From positions 1-8,719 of the forward strand of contig CAYWGS010000061.1 in the NCBI GenBank assembly GCA_964457525.1: 8,719 bases of DNA, given 5' to 3'. This DNA is from an uncultured Erysipelotrichaceae bacterium (GTDB lineage Bacteria > Bacillota_I > Bacilli_A > Erysipelotrichales > Erysipelotrichaceae). Positions within the stretch are counted from its first letter, which is position 1; each line of letters opens with the position of its first letter. The notes beneath the pieces were generated by a model. That model saw nothing but the letters and a program-made list of their open reading frames with translations. It did no database searches and was not told the origin of the DNA. This document shows positions 6,117 through 8,719 of the stretch, piece after piece. Position numbers and translations under genes: made by a program.

Positions 6117-8174
6117 TTAGTCTACCACAAAATCAATGGTTTGCTTATTCTTATCCGCTGATTTTAATCGAACTCTTACTTTTTGTCCTAATTTATATCT
6201 GATATTTGAACCGCGTTTGACTAGAGTATAACGATCCGAATCAAACTCAAAATAACCAGCTAGATTTGAGACATGTACCAATCCCTCTACCGTATTTGGT
6301 AAACGAACAAAGAATCCAAATTTATTAACCGATGAAATGATTCCATCAAATCGCTCACCAATATGATTCATCATATACTCTGCTTTCTTCATTGCCTCGA
6401 CATCACGTTCAGATTCAACAGCACGTTGTTCAGAATTTGAACACTCAAAGCCTAATTGTTCGACTAATATTTCATCATTCACGAGTTCATTATGATGTGT
6501 CGTAAAGACATGTTTCCGCAACATACGATGAACAATCAAATCAGGATAACGACGAATCGGTGATGTAAAATGGCAATAATCTTCAAGTGCTAAACCAAAA
6601 TGACCCGAACATTCTTTATCGTATTTTGCCTTACTCATACTTCTTAGAAGTAAATCATTGACGATTAAGAATTCATCTTTACTCTCAAATCGACTTAATA
6701 AATTTTGAACAACTTTAGGGGTTAGATGTTCATACTTAACTTTAACTCCCCAAAACATCGCAATACGAGAAAATTCCGCAAAGCGCTTTTTATCCGGCGC
6801 TTCATGAACGCGATATAAAGCTGGTACTTCTAACCATCGTAAATGTGCTGCAACTGCTTGATTCGCACAAATCATGAAGTCCTCGATAATCATTTCAGCT
6901 TCACCTTGTGTTCTTCCCTCTATCTTTGTAATCTCACCTTTAGCATTTAATGTGAACTTAGATTCAAACGATACAAAATCAATTGATCCATCATTTCTTC
7001 GTCTTTGACGAATAATTCTTGCACATAAGTGCATATCTTCTACCATTTGAACTAAATCTTCAAAACGATTTAAAGCAGACTTATCTTTCTTGATGATTCG
7101 ATTAACATTCGTATACGTCATTCGTTTGTATGAACGAATAATCGATGGATGAATATCATAGGTTTCAATCTCACCCATTTTATTAATCTTCATCGTACAT
7201 GTTATTGTTAGACGATCTTCCCCTTCAACAAGCGAACATAGACCATTGGATATCGCATGTGGCAACATTGGCACAACACGATCAATCACATAGACGGATG
7301 TTCCTCTTAGTCGAGCTTCATTATCAAGTTCTGTATGTTCTCGAACATAGTAACTTACATCCGCAATATGCACATCGAGTTGGAAACCATCCTCTAATTT
7401 CTTAATACTAATCGCATCATCAAAATCCTTCGCATCTTCACCATCAATCGTAATAACTTGATGATCACGATAATCAACGCGTTTCTCATTTGGATCTAAT
7501 ATAACTTTAGTTGGTAATTGATCAACTTCTTTCATCAACTCATCACTAAAGGACATCGGTATTTGATGATTATGTAAGAGTGTTAAGATATCCATTCCTG
7601 GATCATTCACATGTCCCAACACTTTATTTAATTTAACTTTTAATGGATCTCCATATGAAACAATATCCAAAAGTAATTGTGACCCAAAGACACAATGACT
7701 CATATCACTATCCACAATCTCTATTTTTTGATAAATACGTACATCATCAACTTGTATACGATTCTTTTTCCAAGTTCCTACAAGTTGTTTGGTATTATGT
7801 TTAATTACTTTAACAATAATCCCCTCTGCACTTAAATCCGCATAGACTTTAGGTTTTACTAAAACCTCATCATCATGCATCGCACCATTAAACTGATGAT
7901 TCGCGATATATAAAGAACCCTTAGGATGATCCACAAACCCAAAACCTTTTGGATTAATACTCAATATTCCTCTAACAAACTCACTCTGATCCACTAGAAC
8001 TAATTTATTCTTCTTCGTGTAAGTTAATTCATATTCATTCTCACACTCATGAACTACACGCATAAAATCCTCAATTTCTTGAGATGATTGTAAATTTAGC
8101 TTGTTCATCCACTCTTCTACAGTATAGGGTTTATCCTGTGTAGCAAGTAGGTCTAATAATTTTGATTTTTCCAT
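6117..8174 (-). CDS. rnr: Ribonuclease R (3'-5' exoribonuclease, RNB family)
   Basis: 685-aa ORF. Cold-shock-like segment NPKGFGFV; RNB catalytic region with DGEDAKDFDDAIS and HFGLALEDYCHFTSPIRRYPDLIVHRMLR; C-terminal S1 domain GIISSVNKFGFFVRL...GLVHVS. Position between secG and smpB matches the conserved Firmicute arrangement. Confidence 0.95.
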   Translation of the reverse strand: MEKSKLLDLLATQDKPYTVEEWMNKLNLQSSQEIEDFMRVVHECENEYELTYTKKNKLVLVDQSEFVRGILSINPKGFGFVDHPKGSLYIANHQFNGAMHDDEVLVKPKVYADLSAEGIIVKVIKHNTKQLVGTWKKNRIQVDDVRIYQKIEIVDSDMSHCVFGSQLLLDIVSYGDPLKVKLNKVLGHVNDPGMDILTLLHNHQIPMSFSDELMKEVDQLPTKVILDPNEKRVDYRDHQVITIDGEDAKDFDDAISIKKLEDGFQLDVHIADVSYYVREHTELDNEARLRGTSVYVIDRVVPMLPHAISNGLCSLVEGEDRLTITCTMKINKMGEIETYDIHPSIIRSYKRMTYTNVNRIIKKDKSALNRFEDLVQMVEDMHLCARIIRQRRRNDGSIDFVSFESKFTLNAKGEITKIEGRTQGEAEMIIEDFMICANQAVAAHLRWLEVPALYRVHEAPDKKRFAEFSRIAMFWGVKVKYEHLTPKVVQNLLSRFESKDEFLIVNDLLLRSMSKAKYDKECSGHFGLALEDYCHFTSPIRRYPDLIVHRMLRKHVFTTHHNELVNDEILVEQLGFECSNSEQRAVESERDVEAMKKAEYMMNHIGERFDGIISSVNKFGFFVRLPNTVEGLVHVSNLAGYFEFDSDRYTLVKRGSNIRYKLGQKVRVRLKSADKNKQTIDFVVD

Positions 8175-8181
8175 AAATAAT

Positions 8182-8199
8182 AAAAAAGGCCCTTAGGCC
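8182..8199 (-). terminator. Weak GC mini-hairpin plus T6 between secG and rnr (probably leaky)
   Basis: The minus strand reads cGGCCtaagGGCCTTTTTTa. The stem is only 4 bp, all G:C, with a 4-nt loop and a T6 run ending 7 nt before the rnr ATG. Confidence 0.3.
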
Positions 8200-8201
8200 G
8201 A

Positions 8202-8423
8202 TTAAAATATGTTGACGAGTATTACAAGGACAAAGAATGCAATCCCAAGAGCCAATGTAAGTCTTGAAATTGTTTTTTCTGGGCCACGTTCTTTAACGTT
8301 TTCAAATAGGTTCAAACCACCAGTTCCAGAGAAAGCGCTGCTGATACCTTCTGATTTCCCACTTTGTAATAAAGACAACAAGATTAATAAAGCCGATACG
8401 ATCATTAGGATGATATCTAACAT
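8202..8423 (-). CDS. secG: Preprotein translocase subunit SecG
   Basis: 73-aa two-TM protein with the central G-rich loop LLQSGKSEGISSAFSGTGG typical of SecG. SD AGGAGA upstream (plus strand TCTCCT at 8430-8435). Conserved position upstream of rnr. Confidence 0.88.
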   Translation of the reverse strand: MLDIILMIVSALLILLSLLQSGKSEGISSAFSGTGGLNLFENVKERGPEKTISRLTLALGIAFFVLVILVNIF

Positions 8424-8450
8424 AGGATTCTCCTTTCAAGTTGCTTAGTT

Positions 8451-8479
8451 ATTATAGCACTGTCAAAATTAAAGTACAA
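8451..8479 (-). promoter_or_regulatory. Sigma-A type promoter for secG(-rnr-smpB)
   Basis: The minus strand reads TTGTAC (8479..8474), a 17-nt spacer, then TGcTATAAT (hexamer 8456..8451 with an upstream TG). Confidence 0.55.
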
Positions 8480-8500
8480 GTCAGTTAAATCCTTTGTGAT

Positions 8501-8529
8501 TTGTAATAATTTTAACATAAGACTATAAT
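8501..8529 (+). promoter_or_regulatory. Sigma-A type promoter for the right-edge gene
   Basis: TTGTAA (8501-8506), a 17-nt spacer, then TATAAT (8524-8529). SD TGGAG at 8539-8543 precedes the ATG at 8549. Confidence 0.55.
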
Positions 8530-8548
8530 CAAAATATATGGAGTTCTT

Positions 8549-8719
8549 ATGAAAAATAAAGGATTATTAATATTTAACATCATATTCATAAGCATTGGAA
8601 TCATTGCGCTAATCTCTTCTGTGTACACCAGCAAACCAATGAATGTAAATGAAATTCAATACTATGGACTTTCGATTGATTCAAACGAATTTAGACTTAC
8701 CATTATGGGTTCAAATAAT
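8549..8719 (+). CDS. 5' part of a membrane-anchored hypothetical protein (runs off the right edge)
   Basis: My own translation gives MKNKGLLIFNIIFISIGIIALISSVYTSKPMNVNEIQYYGLSIDSNEFRLTIMGSNN, 57 codons open to the window end. A promoter and SD lie upstream. It has an N-terminal TM/signal-anchor helix and no recognisable family motif. Confidence 0.55.
   Translation, partial: MKNKGLLIFNIIFISIGIIALISSVYTSKPMNVNEIQYYGLSIDSNEFRLTIMGSNN

Noticed and set aside
7199-7405. 68-aa plus-strand ORF antisense to rnr.
   Set aside because: It lies antisense to the conserved RNB catalytic region, with no initiation signals.
8209-8448. 79-aa plus-strand ORF overlapping secG.
   Set aside because: The opposite frame encodes a canonical SecG with its own SD and promoter. 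This ORF has neither.
1-8719. Considered an alternative genetic code (UGA as Trp, Mollicutes-like), given the AT-richness.
   Set aside because: All full-length conserved proteins are recovered intact with the standard code. Trp residues I checked are TGG (for example the terminal W at 5600-5602), and every gene ends in TAA. There is no need to invoke code 4.
1-8719. Looked for mobile-element hallmarks (transposase or integrase genes, inverted terminal repeats, tRNA-adjacent att sites) and known defence-system signatures.
   Set aside because: Every ORF above shadow size is accounted for by housekeeping or membrane protein families. I noticed no long inverted or direct repeats flanking any block, and composition looks uniform apart from the Gly-tail island.

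Overview
AT-rich window (roughly one-third G+C by eye) with standard code usage: Trp is TGG and every ORF ends in TAA. The gene content and promoter style fit a low-GC Firmicute (Bacilli or Erysipelotrichia-like). The window is densely packed with nine coding regions. These are: a few codons of a divergent gene at the left edge; a signal-less calcineurin-type metallophosphoesterase/5'-nucleotidase (130-1641 +); a PhnD-like substrate-binding lipoprotein (1638-2666 -); a lone cellobiose/lichenan-type PTS EIIB (2712-3011 -); a LemA family protein (3142-3699 +); a large DUF2207-type polytopic membrane protein (3731-5605 +, start revised from the ORF track); the conserved secG-rnr-smpB block on the minus strand (8423 down to 5647); and the 5' end of a small membrane-anchored protein (8549-8719 +). 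I found no rRNA, tRNA, tmRNA, CRISPR array, transposase or integrase. The most system-like content is the LemA/DUF2207 pair. It is a widespread two-gene membrane module of unknown function. Here it carries an intra-pair hairpin terminator and a G+C-rich, repeat-encoded Gly/Phe tail predicted to face the cytoplasm. Secondary observations: two genes have a -10 box placed so that transcription would start at or one base before the ATG (leaderless candidates). Two convergent genes share a TTAA double stop with no terminator between them. An EIIB and a binding protein both lack transporter partners. The RNase R ends at its S1 domain with no basic tail, and no ssrA follows smpB. All functional calls rest on reading motifs in the translations; no database search was possible.
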